A stretch of 64,000 nt of DNA, taken from contig JAGIQG010000013.1 of the NCBI GenBank assembly GCA_024679065.1, forward strand, positions 48,298,001-48,362,000, written 5' to 3'. The stretch comes from Sphyrna mokarran. Its lineage: Eukaryota. Under the pieces are notes generated by a model. That model had not been told where the DNA came from. It saw only the letters and a list, made by a program, of their open reading frames with translations, and searched no databases. Made by a program: the position numbers and the translations under genes. The stretch's first letter is position 1; each line of letters starts with the position of its first letter. Below, piece by piece: positions 40,255 to 51,875 of this stretch.

Positions 40255-42862
40255 GTTTTCTATACCCCTCCATTCCCATTCTGTTCATGTGCCCATCTAA
40301 GTATTTCTTAAATAACTCCAGAGTGCCTACCTCCACTTCACTTGGCAGCGCATTCCATATCCCCACCACCCTCTGTGAAAAAACTCCCTCTAGCATCCAA
40401 ATTATACCTTACCCCCCTCACCCTAAGCCCGTGACCCCTCGTGCTATTTGAGTCCATCCTAGGAAAAAGCTTAACCATATTTACTCTATCTATACACCTC
40501 ATAATCTTGTACACCTCTATTAGATCTCCTCTAAGTCTATGTCTTGCTAAGGAAAACAGCCCCAATTTGCCTATCCTCTCCTCATAACTCAGACTTTCCA
40601 TACCAGGCAGCATCCTGGTAAACGTCCTCTGCATTCTCTCCAGAGTCTCCATGTCCTTCCGGTAGTAAGGTGACCAGAATTGGATGCAGTATTCCAAATG
40701 AGGTCTAACCAATGTTTTATACAACTGCAACATTAGAGGCCATCTCTTGTACTCTATACCCCTTCCTAGAAAGGCTAGCATACCATATGCTTTCTTCACA
40801 ACCTTCTCCACCTGCTCTGCCACCTTCAGAGACTTGTACACTTGCATCCCCAGGTCCCTCTGCATTTCTATACTCTTAATAGGTCTACCCTTTATCACAT
40901 ACCTCCCCACTACATTCTTTCCCCCGAAATGCATCATCTCGCATTTATCAGGATTAAATTCCATCTGCCATCTATCTGCCCAAGCTACCAGCCTATGTCC
41001 TGCTGCATCACCTGACAATGCTCCTCACTATCCGCAAGTCCAGCCATCGTTGTATCGTCTGCAAACTTGCTGATCACTCCACTTACTCCCAAGTCATTTA
41101 TATAAATTACAAATAGAGGTCCCAGTACCAAACCCTGCGGCACACCACTAGTGACTGACCTTCAGCTAGAAAAACACCCTTCCACTATTACTCTCTGTCT
41201 CCTATTACTAAGCCTGTTACTTATCCATCTAGCTACCTGTCCTTGTATCCCATTACCCTTGACCTTTTCAACTAACCTCCCATGAGTGACTTTGTCAAAC
41301 GCCCTACTGAAATCCATATAGACGACATCGACGGCTCGCCCTTAGTCCACTGTTTTCGTCACCTCCTCAAAAAATTCTACCAGATTCATAAGGCATGACC
41401 TTCCCTTAACAAAGCCATGCTGCGTATCCCTGATCAGATCACAATGCTCTAAGTGCCTATACATCCTATCTCCAAGAATCCCCTCCAACAGCTTCCCTAC
41501 CATTGACGTCAAACTCACCAGCCTACAATTTCCAGGGTTATCCCTACTACCCTTTTTAAACAAAGTACAACATTAGCTATTCTCCATCCAGTCCTCTGGG
41601 ACCTCACCTGTATCCAAAGAAGAGACAAAGATTTGCGTCAGAGACCCAGCAATTCACCTCGCGCCTCCCTAAGCAGTCTGGGATAAATGCCATCAGGTCC
41701 CTGAGATTTATCAGTTTTAATGCTTAAGCTCTAACACTTCCTCCCTCGGTATGGATATTTCGCTTAACGGGTCCACAGCTCCCTCAGAAACAGAGCCGGT
41801 CAACAAGCCCCTCTCCTTCGTGAATACCGATACAAAATATTCATTCAGGATCTTCCCCATTCCCTCGGGCTCTAAGCACAGTTACCTTCCTCTGTCCCCA
41901 AGAGGTCTGATTTTTCCTCGAACCACCCTTTTATTCCTAACATAGGAGTAAAAAGCCTTTGGGTTTTCCTTAATCCTATCCGCCAAAACCATTTCATGCC
42001 CCCTTTTTGCCCTTCTAACTCCCAGTTTGAGCTCCCTCCTATTCTCTCTATATTCCTCCAACGCTGTCTCCGTTCCCAGCTGCTTTGGCCTATCATACGC
42101 CTCTCTTTTCTTACTAAAGTCGTCTTCCATATCCCTAGTAATCCACAGCTCTCTAATCCTACCTTTCCCATCTTTCCTCTTAGCTAGCACATATCTTTCT
42201 TGCAACATTTTCAGTATTCCCTTGAAAGAGTCCCACATGCCTAGCGTGGATTTACCCTCAAACAACCATTCCCAATCAGTTTCCATAAGTTCCTGCCTAA
42301 TCCGACCATAGTTAGCCTTTCCCCAACTCAGCACCATGCCCCTAGGGCAACAAGCATCCTTTTCCATCTGTATCCTAAAGCAGACAGGATCGTGGTCACT
42401 GTTAGCCACATGTTCCCCTACTACATCATCAACCACCTGCCCTGGCTCATTAATCAGAACTACATCCAATATAGCCCCTTCTCTAGTTGGGATAGTCACA
42501 CACTGTTCCAGCTATCCTTCCAGTACACATTTTACAAATTTCTCCCTGTCTGAATCCCCAGCTCTAGGTACCTTCCAATCCATCCCAGGGAGACTAAAAT
42601 CTCCCACTACAATGACTGTTCTTTCTGCACCTACCCAAAATGCCTTCTTCAACTACCCGCAGGCTGTTGGGTGACCTATAATACACCCCTAGCATAGTAA
42701 TTACCTCCTTTCTATTCCTCAACTCCACCCACAGCGACTCCACTCTTAACTCCTCTGTATTGTCCTCCCTCTGCACCACTGTGACACTCTCCCTAACTAA
42801 CAACGCTACTCCCCCACCTCTTCTGGACCCTCCTCTGTCATGCCTGAAACACTTATACCCTG
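40255..42862 (-). mobile_element. CR1 LINE ORF2, about 2.6 kb, 5'-truncated within the endonuclease, frameshifted
   Basis: ORFs 42594..42803, 41882..42499 (PTREGAILDVVL, NSDHD, IKENPKAFYSYV), 41342..41563 (QHGFVKGRSCL) and 40338..41018 ([37 protein letters not shown]). Confidence 0.95.
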
Positions 42863-43204
42863 ATCAATTTAAACTAGACTTTCTGAAGGGTACAGACTGC
42901 AACAATTTTTGCCACTTAACACAATCAAGAACAATAGTTGTGATAATGTTATTAGACAATGAATAACTGTACTAACCGAAAAATATCTCAAGGGCAATTT
43001 ACGGAAGGGCAATAAAAGCTAGCCTGCTCATACCCATCACTGAATAAAGAACAAATTAAAGCTTGTTGCCCAAAAACACAAAGCTGAATCCCACAGTAAT
43101 TACTGCTGATGGACAAGAGCCCTTGCTTCTCTAACTGTGGGATAACCATGAAGAATCAGCAAGAATGAGTTGGCAGATGCATTCTGTCGGTTGTGTGGCA
43201 CTCA

Positions 43205-43530
43205 TTTTTTTAATTCATTCATGGGACATGGTGTCACTGGCTGACTAGTATTTATTGCCCTTCTTTAGTTGCCTTTGGAAGACAGTTGCGAGTCAAGCAC
43301 ATTGCTGTGGCTCTGGAGTCATAAGTCGGCCAGACCAGGTAAGAACGATGAATTTCCTTCCCTAAATGGACCAGACGGGTTTTCCCAATCGACAATGATT
43401 TCACGGTCAGCAGTAGATTCTTAATTCTAAATGTTTCATTGATTTCAAATTCCACTATCTGCTATGGCGGGATTTGAACCCGGGTCCCCACAGCCGAGTT
43501 TCTAGATTAAGTCTGGTGATAATATCACCC
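43205..43530 (-). mobile_element. Non-V tRNA-derived SINE, most complete copy
   Basis: Minus strand GGGGACCCGGGTTCAAATCCCGCC B-box, core TTAGGGAAGGAAATT...CTTACCTGGTCTGGCC, tail GGGCAATAAATACTAGTCAGCCAGTGACACCATGTCCCATGAATGAATTAAAAAAA. Confidence 0.85.
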
Positions 43531-43650
43531 CCAACTCAGTACAGAAAAAGGCTGGACAGCCAAAAATTCACGTGCCACATTCGTGGTGCACACTTAAGCG
43601 TACTTCCCCATCCCCAGCTATACTAGGGGCGCAACTGATACAAAATAGTA

Positions 43651-43775
43651 GACAGGATTTTACAGCCTTGCTCATCCCGAAATCATAAAATCCCGTCCAA
43701 GGTCAACAGACCTTCCTATTGTCTGCCCCTCGCCCGCTCCGATTCCCATGGTGGACAGGTGGTAAGATTCTGGTC
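43651..43775. mobile_element. Possible MITE with imperfect terminal inverted repeats
   Basis: Begins GACAGGATTTTAC and ends GTAAGATTCTGGTC (reverse complement GACCAGAATCTTAC); GC-richer than its flanks. Confidence 0.45.
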
Positions 43776-44119
43776 AGTATCTTTTCCCAGGATACATGCT
43801 CTGTCTGTACTTCGCAGGAGTCAGAGGCTCATTAACCTCAAAATAGCAAAAATACAGAAAAATTACTACATAACAACACCTGGTTTTCCTTACCAGCTGT
43901 AAGGACTCATTGGGCCATACCCATAACCTTGACACCAAACCACCCACCCACACCTGCCCGTAGTGTCATTACTCATATCAGCCATGACAAGTAAAGGATA
44001 TCATAGTGTATACCATTATTGCTTCAAGGATTATAAGAAGAAAACACAGATAAATATCATACAGCCCTAATGCCGTACAACCCTACCAGCACACTCTCCA
44101 ACACACTTGTGCTCTTTAA

Positions 44120-45243
44120 AGGTGAGTTGGGGGTAGGGTGTTAGACTGGATAGGAGGATTGGTTGTCTAATAGGAAGCAGAAGGTAGGTATTAATGGATG
44201 CTATTCTGATTGGCAGCTGGTGACTAGTGGAATTCCGCAGGGATCGGTGCTGAGGCCTCAACTATTTATCATTTACATAGATGATCTGGAGGAAGGGGCT
44301 GAGTGCAGGGTGACAAAATTTGCTGATGACACAAAGATGAGTGGAAAAGCAAATTGCATGGAGAGTGTGGAAAGCCTGCAGAGGGATCTGGATAGGTTGA
44401 GTGAGTGGGCGAGGACCTGGCAGATGGAGTATAATGTTAGCATGTGTGAGGTTATCCACTTTGGCAAGAATAATGGTAGGAAGGATTACTATTTAAATGG
44501 AGAAAAGCTGCAGCATGCGACGGTGCAGAGGGACCTGGGGGTCCTTGTGCACGAATCGCAAAAACACAGTATGCAGGTGCAGCGGGTGATTAAGAAGGCG
44601 AATGCAATGTTGGCCTTTATAGCTAGGGGCACTGAATATAAAGGTAGGGAGGTTCTGTTGCAGCTGTATAGGGTGCTGGTGAGGCCGCAGCTGGAGTACT
44701 GTGTGCAGTTTTGGTCGCCGCATTCGAAGAAGGATATATTGGCCTCGGAGGGGGTGCAGAGAACGTTCACTAGGCTGGTACCGCAGATGAGGGCGTTGGA
44801 TTATGAGGAGAGAACTAAATAGGCTCGGTTTGTACTCTTTGGAGTTTAGAAGGCTGAGAGGGGATCTTACAGAGACATTTAAGATAATGAAGGGGATTGA
44901 TAGGGTAGAGGTTGAGAGACTCTTCCCACTTAGCGAAGATAGCAGAACTAAAGGGCACAGCCTCAAGATTAGTGGGGAGCATTCAGATCAGAGTTGAGGA
45001 GGAATTTCTTCATGCAAAGGATGGTGAATCTTTAGAATTCTCTGCCTGATGAAGTGGTGGAGCTTCCTCGCTGAATATGTACAAGTCAAGAGTGGATAGG
45101 TTTTTGATTGCCAAGGGAATTAAGGGTTACAGGGAGAAAGTGGGTACTGAACCACTACAGATTAGCCATGATCTTATTGAATGGCGGGGTAGGCTCGAGG
45201 GGCTGGATGGCCTACTCCTGCTCCTATTTCTTATGTTCTTATA
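44120..45243 (+). mobile_element. CR1 LINE 3' fragment
   Basis: ORF 44163..44822 (VTSGIPQGSVL, KFADDTK, WQMEYN, LVRPQLEYCVQFWSP); tail GGCCTACTCCTGCTCCTATTTCTTATGTTCTTAT. Confidence 0.95.
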
Positions 45244-45559
45244 GATATTAAGCCACGAGGATTCAATTTTGACACAGGACCAGAAGCAGTGCAGGTAGTC
45301 AGTGTCACCTGCACCTCATATGATTAGGTATACTGGGATCAAATCTCTGTCTTAAGCTTGGAAAACATGCTGAGGAACGCACTCCATTATAAACAAACCA
45401 ACGTCACTGATTTTCAAAGGATAACTGGTGAACTTTGCCTCAGTGTTCATTACTAGATCACCCCTCAACATGATAAATAACATCACAAAAATCAGAGTGT
45501 AACAACAAAGAGTAGGGATAAGCTGCAGACTGCGACTCCAAATTATTGCCATCTACAAT

Positions 45560-46260
45560 GTTTTGAGAGGTCAATTATAGGACTGTCAGACAACCTAAAG
45601 GATCTGTCAGATGTCACTCTCAGCGTAGCAGGATAAAAACAGGGAAACCCGCATTCAGATAATTTTCCGATGCCTTCCGCCTCGTCAATACACCTGTGAT
45701 CTAAGCTATGAAAATGCATGATTACCAGCTAGGGTAAGGCCTCAAAAACAGGATACGATGGGCCCCTTCAAGATTAATATGCCCATCTTTTGTGTTAAAA
45801 AGAAGAAAATCTGGTAGCTAGTTCTCAAAAGATTGCCCTTCAACTCTTTCTGGAAAGGTGGCCAGCTGGATATTCTTCCTTCAGCCTCAGCTCTCCACAT
45901 TGATCAGGATACCTGAGGTAGCATGTAGCTGATTTTCCAAGCACTGAACGAGGAAGCTGCAGTCTCGACACTAAGGATTTTTTCCTCCATGTCATCAAGC
46001 TTCTTATTGGTTATTCTACACAGTCCAGCAATATCAGCACTGAAATTCTGTGCCAAAAAGCCAATGCTGTCATCTATAACCTTAAACATATTTGCAGTCA
46101 ACATCTACAAAGCCTTTGTTATTGCCAGGTTATCAGCCCGTTCACTGGCTAAATCACAGTACTGAGGGCTCAACTCCAGCCTGGCTTCCTCCAACTGCTT
46201 CCTTCAGTCAAGGGTTTTCATGACTTTACTCACTATTTTGTCCCAAATCTTAACCAGAAA
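45560..46260 (-). mobile_element. L1-clade ORF1 remnant
   Basis: Minus-strand pieces in the expected order: coiled-coil KKLDDMEEKILSVE, NVES*G*RKNIQLATFPERVEG (cf. LENRSRRNNIR..G.PEG.EG), INLEGAHR (cf. IERAHR), YPATLRV (cf. YPA.LR.). Confidence 0.7.
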
Positions 46261-46680
46261 TCTTATGGATTTTACATCGTACAGAGTTTTCAATTGATGT
46301 ACAATCCTTATGAACAAATTCTTTTTTAGTATTCACTAACAGTCTGTGAAAGTGTATCTTTACAGAAGGTGGAGGATCACCGGAGCAGTCAAATCTGCTG
46401 CACAAGCATTTGATAACAGTAGAAATAAGTAAAATTATGAAGGTGGAAGTAGGCAGGATTTACAACAAAGAGCTGGGATACAAGGGAGGAAACTCGGTTC
46501 AAGATCAAACAGGTTGTCAAATGTGGGAACAGACGAGTTCAGACAGAAGCAGCATCTGGGAAGGAGAGATGAAATGATAGTGAAGTTATGGAGATTACAT
46601 TGGTGATGCCCTCAATTTTCCCAATGCTTAATTGGGGAAGAATACAGGATATTGGAGAAGCAGTTCAACAACAACCATAT

Positions 46681-46704
46681 AGAGAGAGAGAGAGAGAGAG
46701 AGAG
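46681..46704. repeat. (AG)12 microsatellite
   Basis: Direct read of an uninterrupted AG run. Confidence 0.95.
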
Positions 46705-46719
46705 GAGCTGACCAGCAGA

Positions 46720-46900
46720 CACAAGCCAGCACAGATTCAATAACTACAAATCATGTTTAACTAATTTGATTGTGTTTTCAGGAAGAATAACAGAGAGGTT
46801 TAAAAATGAGGGTATATGGTGTTCATGATTACCAAAAGGTATTTGATTAAGTGCCACATAATAGACTTGTCAACAAAGCTAAAGTCCATGAAACAAAAAG
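46720..46900 (+). mobile_element. Short decayed CR1 RT fragment
   Basis: AGCCAGCACAGATTC...AAATCATGTTTAACTAATTTGATT (SCLTNLI) and AAAAGGTATTTGATTAAGTGCCACATAATAGACTT (KAFDKVPHNRL-like). Confidence 0.65.
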
Positions 46901-46914
46901 GGACAGATGCAAGA

Positions 46915-47600
46915 AATCCAAAATAAAAGCAGAAAACATTGGAAATCTTCAGCAGGCATATGAGGAGAAACATGAGTTAACATTTCAGGTGAACGACCCT
47001 TTATCAGAACTAAGGAAAGACAGAAATGCAATAGATTCTGAGAAATTGAAAGAAATGGGATGGGGTAGGGTGGAAGAGAACAAGAAAAAAGGAGAGTCTG
47101 CTGTAGGAGAGATTAAATGGTTTCATGGTACAAAAGCCAAAAGAATTGGTAATGGGTCATAGAACCATACAGCACAGTCTTGTATCTACAGTCCAGTACA
47201 GCCATAGAATCCCTTTCGTATAGGAGGAAGTCATTTGGCCTATCAAGTCTGCACTAACCACAATCCCACCCACACCCTATTCCTATGACACCATGCATTC
47301 AACCCGCTAATCCCTTGGCACCAGGGTTATTTTAGCATGGCCAATCAACCTAACCCACACATCTTTGAACATCATAGTAAAAGACACAAAAGCCTTATCT
47401 AGATGAGGTGTATTTGCTCCAACAGCAATCCAAACAGAAAGGAAGAATTTTTTTTTAAAACAAATGCAGGCAGAAACACGATCTAAAGCAATTGCATTCA
47501 ATCCAGAAGGCTACAGAATGCCAAGCGGAAAGATGAGGTGCCGTTCCTCGAGTTTTAATGGTTGTTCTTAGGTTGGATGAAGGTTCCTCAGGGTTCAGTG
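46915..47600 (-). mobile_element. Penelope-like element 3' region, interrupted by a SINE/CR1-tail fragment (about 47158-47370)
   Basis: Minus strand KLEERHLIFPLGIL*PSGLN (GIY-YIG C-terminal signature of Penelope-like elements) near 47500-47555; hammerhead-like CTGATAA...GAAA end near 46980-47008. Confidence 0.7.
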
Positions 47601-47761
47601 ATAGGATGATAGATTTTCTTGTTAATTGGGCAACACAGGAGATACAGTGGACACTACAGTCAAACAGGAAATAGACTACCACAGTCACATGGAACATCAC
47701 TTGCTAATTTAGTTATGACAAACCTGATGTTAAAGGTTAAACGCAGAACTGTGGAAAAGAT

Positions 47762-49872
47762 GAGCATAGATTTGGGAGGTTACAGGGACTGGGAACATCT
47801 GGAATGTGGAGCTTATTCAAGGAGCAGCTGCTGCGAGTCCTTGATAAGTATGTTCCTGTCAGGCGAGGAGGAAATGGTCGAGTAAGAGAACCCTGGTGTA
47901 CAAAAAAAGTTGATTTGCTGGTTAAAAGGAAAAAGGAGGCTTATGTCAGGATGAGGCTTGAAGGCTCGGTTAGTGCAATGGATAGCTATAGATTAGCCAG
48001 GAGGGAGCTAAAGAGTGAATTGAGGAGAGCTAAGAGAGGACACGAGAAGACTTTGGCTGATTAGGATTCTCCTTAATCCTAAGCTTTCTTTAGATATGTT
48101 AAGAATAGAAGATTGGTTAGGACAAGACTAGGGCCAGTCATAGACAGCAGTGGGAAGTTGTGCATGGAGCCTGAAGAGATTGGAGAGGTACTGAATAAAT
48201 ATTTCTCTTCGGTATTCACGCAGGGTGATGTAAATGTAGTTATGGAGAACACTGAGGTACAGGGTAGCAAGCTGGAAGGTATCGAAGTAGATAGGGAGGA
48301 TGTGCTATATATTCTCGAGGGTTTGAAGTTGGATAAGTCCCCTGGGCCGGACGGGATTTACCCTAGGATTCTCTGGGAGGCAAGCGAGGAGATTGAAGAG
48401 CCTCTGGCTCTGATCTTCAGGTCGTCGTTGGTTACGGGTGTGGTTCCGGAGGACTGGAGGATAGCGAATGTGGTCCCATTGTTCAAGAAGGGAAGAGAGA
48501 CCTTCCAGGGAATTATAGGCCAGTGAGTCTTACTTCTGTTGTGGGCAAAGTATTGGAGAGAATTATTAGGGATAGGATTTATAGTTATTTAGAGAGAAAT
48601 GAATGATTGGGGATAGTCAGCATGGTTTTGTGAAGGGTAGGTCGTGCCTTACTAACCTCATTGAGTTTTTTGAAAAAGTGACCAATGAGGTGGATGGGGG
48701 TAAGGCGGTTGATGTGGTATGTATGGACTTTAGTAAGGCGTTTGATAGGTGGCCCATGGAAGACTTCTGCAGAAAATGCAGATGTATGGGATAGAGGGTG
48801 ATTTAGCTAATTGGATTAGGAATTGGCTAGCGGATAGAAGACAGAGGGTGGTGGTTGATGAGAGATATTCATCGTGGAGTTCGGTTACAAGTGGTGTACC
48901 TCAGGGATCTGTTTTGGGGCCCCTGCTGTTTGTAATTTTTATAAATGATCTGGATGATGGTATTGAAGGATGGATTAGTAAATTTGCAGATGACACTAAA
49001 GTCGGTGGAGTGGTAGATAGTGAAGAGGGGTGTTATAGTTTGCAGAGGGACTTGGACAGTTGCAGAGCTGGGCCGAGAGGTGGCAAATGGAGTTTAATGT
49101 GGAAAAGTGTGAGGTAATGCACTATGGCAGAAATAATAAATGTGTAGAGTATAGGGCAAATGGTAGGATTCTTAGTAGTCTTAATGAACAGAGAGATCTT
49201 GGTGTGTATGTGCATAGATCCCTGAAAGCAGGCAGTCAAGTCGAAAAGGTTGTTAAGAAGGCATATGGAGTCTTAGCTTTTATTGGTAGGGGGATTGAAT
49301 TTCGGAGCCGCAACGTCATGTTGCAACTGTACAAAACTCTAGTGCGGCCGCATTTGGAGTATTGTGTATAGTTTTGGTTGCCACATTATAAGAAAGATGT
49401 GGAGGCGTTGGAGAGGGTACAGAGGAGGTTTACCAGGATGTTGCCTGGTATGGAGGGCAGGTCTTATGAAGAGAGGCTGAGTGATTTGAGGTTGTTTTCG
49501 TTAGAAAGGAGGCGGCTAAGAGGGGACCTAATCGAAACATAGAAGATGATTAGAGGTTTAGATAGGGTGGACAGTGATAGCCTTTTTCCTAGGATGGAAA
49601 AAGCTAGCACGAGGGGACACAGCTTTAAATTAAGGGGTGATAGTTATAGGACGGATATCAGAGGCAGGTTCTTTACCCAAAGGGTGTTCGGGAGTGGAAT
49701 GCCCTGCCTGCAGCAGTTGTAGATGCGCCAAGTTTGGTGGCGTTTAAGAGTTTAGTTGATAAGTATATGGAAGAGAAGGGAATGGTTTAGTTTGGAGGGG
49801 CATTGCTTTTTATATTGGTCGGCGCAACATCGAAGGCCGAAGGGCCTGTTCTGTGCTGTAGTGTTCTATGTT
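47762..49872 (+). mobile_element. CR1 LINE ORF2, about 2.1 kb, 5'-truncated
   Basis: ORFs 47804-49371: [72 protein letters not shown]; tail GGCCGAAGGGCCTGTTCTGTGCTGTAGTGTTCTATG. Confidence 0.95.
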
Positions 49873-49904
49873 AGAACACCTTCAAAGATTGGATAGTAAA
49901 GATT

Positions 49905-50225
49905 GGTAGCACGATGGCACAGTAGTTAGCACTGCAACCTCATAGCACCAGCGACCCAGGTTCAATTCCAGTTCGGGTGACTGTGTAAACTTCACACGTT
50001 CTCCCTGTGTCTACGTGGGTTTCCTCGGGGTGCTCCAGTTCTCTTCCGCATTCCAAAGATGTGCGGGTTAAGTGGACAGCCATAGTAAATTGCCCTTTAG
50101 TCTCAGGGGGATTCACAAGATAAACATGTGGGGTTAAGAGAATAGGGCCTGGGTGGGATTGTTATTGATGCAATCTTATTGGACCGAATGGCCTCCTTCT
50201 GCATTGTAGAGATTCTATGATTCTA
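49905..50225 (+). mobile_element. HE1-like V-SINE (tail type A, CR1-like)
   Basis: Head GGCACAGTAGTTAGC...GGTTCAATTCC, V-core, tail GGACCGAATGGCCTCCTTCTGCATTGTAGAGATTCTATGATTCTA. Confidence 0.9.
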
Positions 50226-50339
50226 CAATACAAGTATTCTCTTTTTCCAAATAGTAGTCATGCCTGGAAGAGGACCATGCTGAGGGAATACGAATTTTAT
50301 TGCATGTAGCAGTCAATGCATGATTGAACATACTTGGAG

Positions 50340-51000
50340 CTGCAGAAGTAACTATGTAGAACATGGGTATTGAAGGGGCTTCTGTAGTTGACTTGACAGT
50401 ATCTTTTTAATGAGGGATTGATGTAAAAGGAAGGAGGATTGGAAGGGAGGGAAAAGTGCAAGATGAACAGAGACTAATACAAGGAAATGATCAGTGATGG
50501 TCACGTCACTCACTGACTTGGGGATAGGGGCCAATGATGAGAGGGTGGCTAGAGATATGGACAGGAGAATTTATGTGGAAAGAGGCTAAACTGTAGGGTA
50601 GGGAATTCAGAGCAAATAAATTAGGGTAACTCGAGATCGGAAGTTTAAATCATTTATAACGTCATGAGTGGAAAATCACTTGCTCAGAAGAGAATGCAGA
50701 TTTTGGAGGGAGATATTAGCTGATCCCTTAGTAGAGAGCCAGAGTCAATGATGAGATGGGAAGGAGGGTAACAAGATAAGCTCTCAATGGGCACAATGAG
50801 GACAGGACAGATGGGATTACTACTTATAAGGAAGCAATAATGCATGCTTTTAGTGAATACCAAAAAAGGCAGAGGGAAGCTGTGGACTTACCTGGGAGGA
50901 ATGGCAGCCTTGGATTGCAGCAGCACAGTAGAAAGACAGTGAAATGCTGTGATAGAAATTTGTGCTTGTCCCATCTGAGTACCAGATGAAGAGGGTGAGA
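50340..51000 (-). mobile_element. Decayed L2-like LINE endonuclease fragment
   Basis: Minus-strand HINSPVHISSHPL (cf. PTH..GH.LDL) followed by ITDHFLVL (cf. SDH) in the order expected for an APE domain. Confidence 0.5.
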
Positions 51001-51735
51001 TGATGTGAAAGAAGCAACCGAGATGAACGAAGGAACAGAAAGGCAAAGAGAGATTGAAGGAACAAGGTTAAATCAGAAGATGACAAAAACATACATGCAA
51101 ATGCTCCAACCAACAAAGAATTAAGCCAATTGTATCAAAACTATGAAAACACAGAGCCGAACTTAATTGTTTAAATTTGGTTTATATACCTGTACCATAG
51201 TTGTTAAAATCAGTATAGAAGAACAGACTACAAACTATTATACAATGATCATATAAATATCTTGCAAGGAATTTGGACAGTAACAGCCCAGTCAGTCCAT
51301 AGCTGCAAAGTCACCAATCTCAAAATTACCGAGGACTGACATCACCAACATATTGTATTTCATGAATCACATCACAAGACACCCATTATATCCTCAGCTG
51401 CTGAACGAAAAAAAGCATCGTTTTTAAATACTGCAATTGTTCCAAATGAAAATCTTTAAGAATTTCAGACAGCGTGTGTGTGCAAAGATGTAAACAGTAC
51501 AATTATAAAACTTGAGGGAATAAATAAAAAGGGGAATGGTGAACTTGAAATGCAATTCAAAACAGCTTAACATTTATTCCGGTAGTTCCAGCTTTGTCTT
51601 AATGCATATGTAAAACAAAAAGTACAAATTTTTTTTTGAATTAATTCAGTTTTAGAGACAACTTTTAACATGACAGCACAATGGCAGCAGCAAGTGAGGG
51701 CAAGTTGATTGCATCTTTATTAGGGCAACACATAC

Positions 51736-51875
51736 AAGTTCATAAGGATGGAATACAACAGAAAGGGAAAGCTTCACTCTGCACTGGCACAGATCCAGCT
51801 GGCCTTGAAAAATACTGTACTCCTCCGTAATTTGTTGCGCATTTACGTTCTCCATCATCTTCTGTGATACTGCAG
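51736..51875 (-). other. Candidate 140-nt internal exon of an unidentified gene (unverified)
   Basis: Minus-strand acceptor TTATTTTTAG, donor GTATGT, open frame AVSQKMMENVNAQQITEEYSIFQGQLDLCQCRVKLSLSVVFHPYEL; peptide not recognised. Confidence 0.2.
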
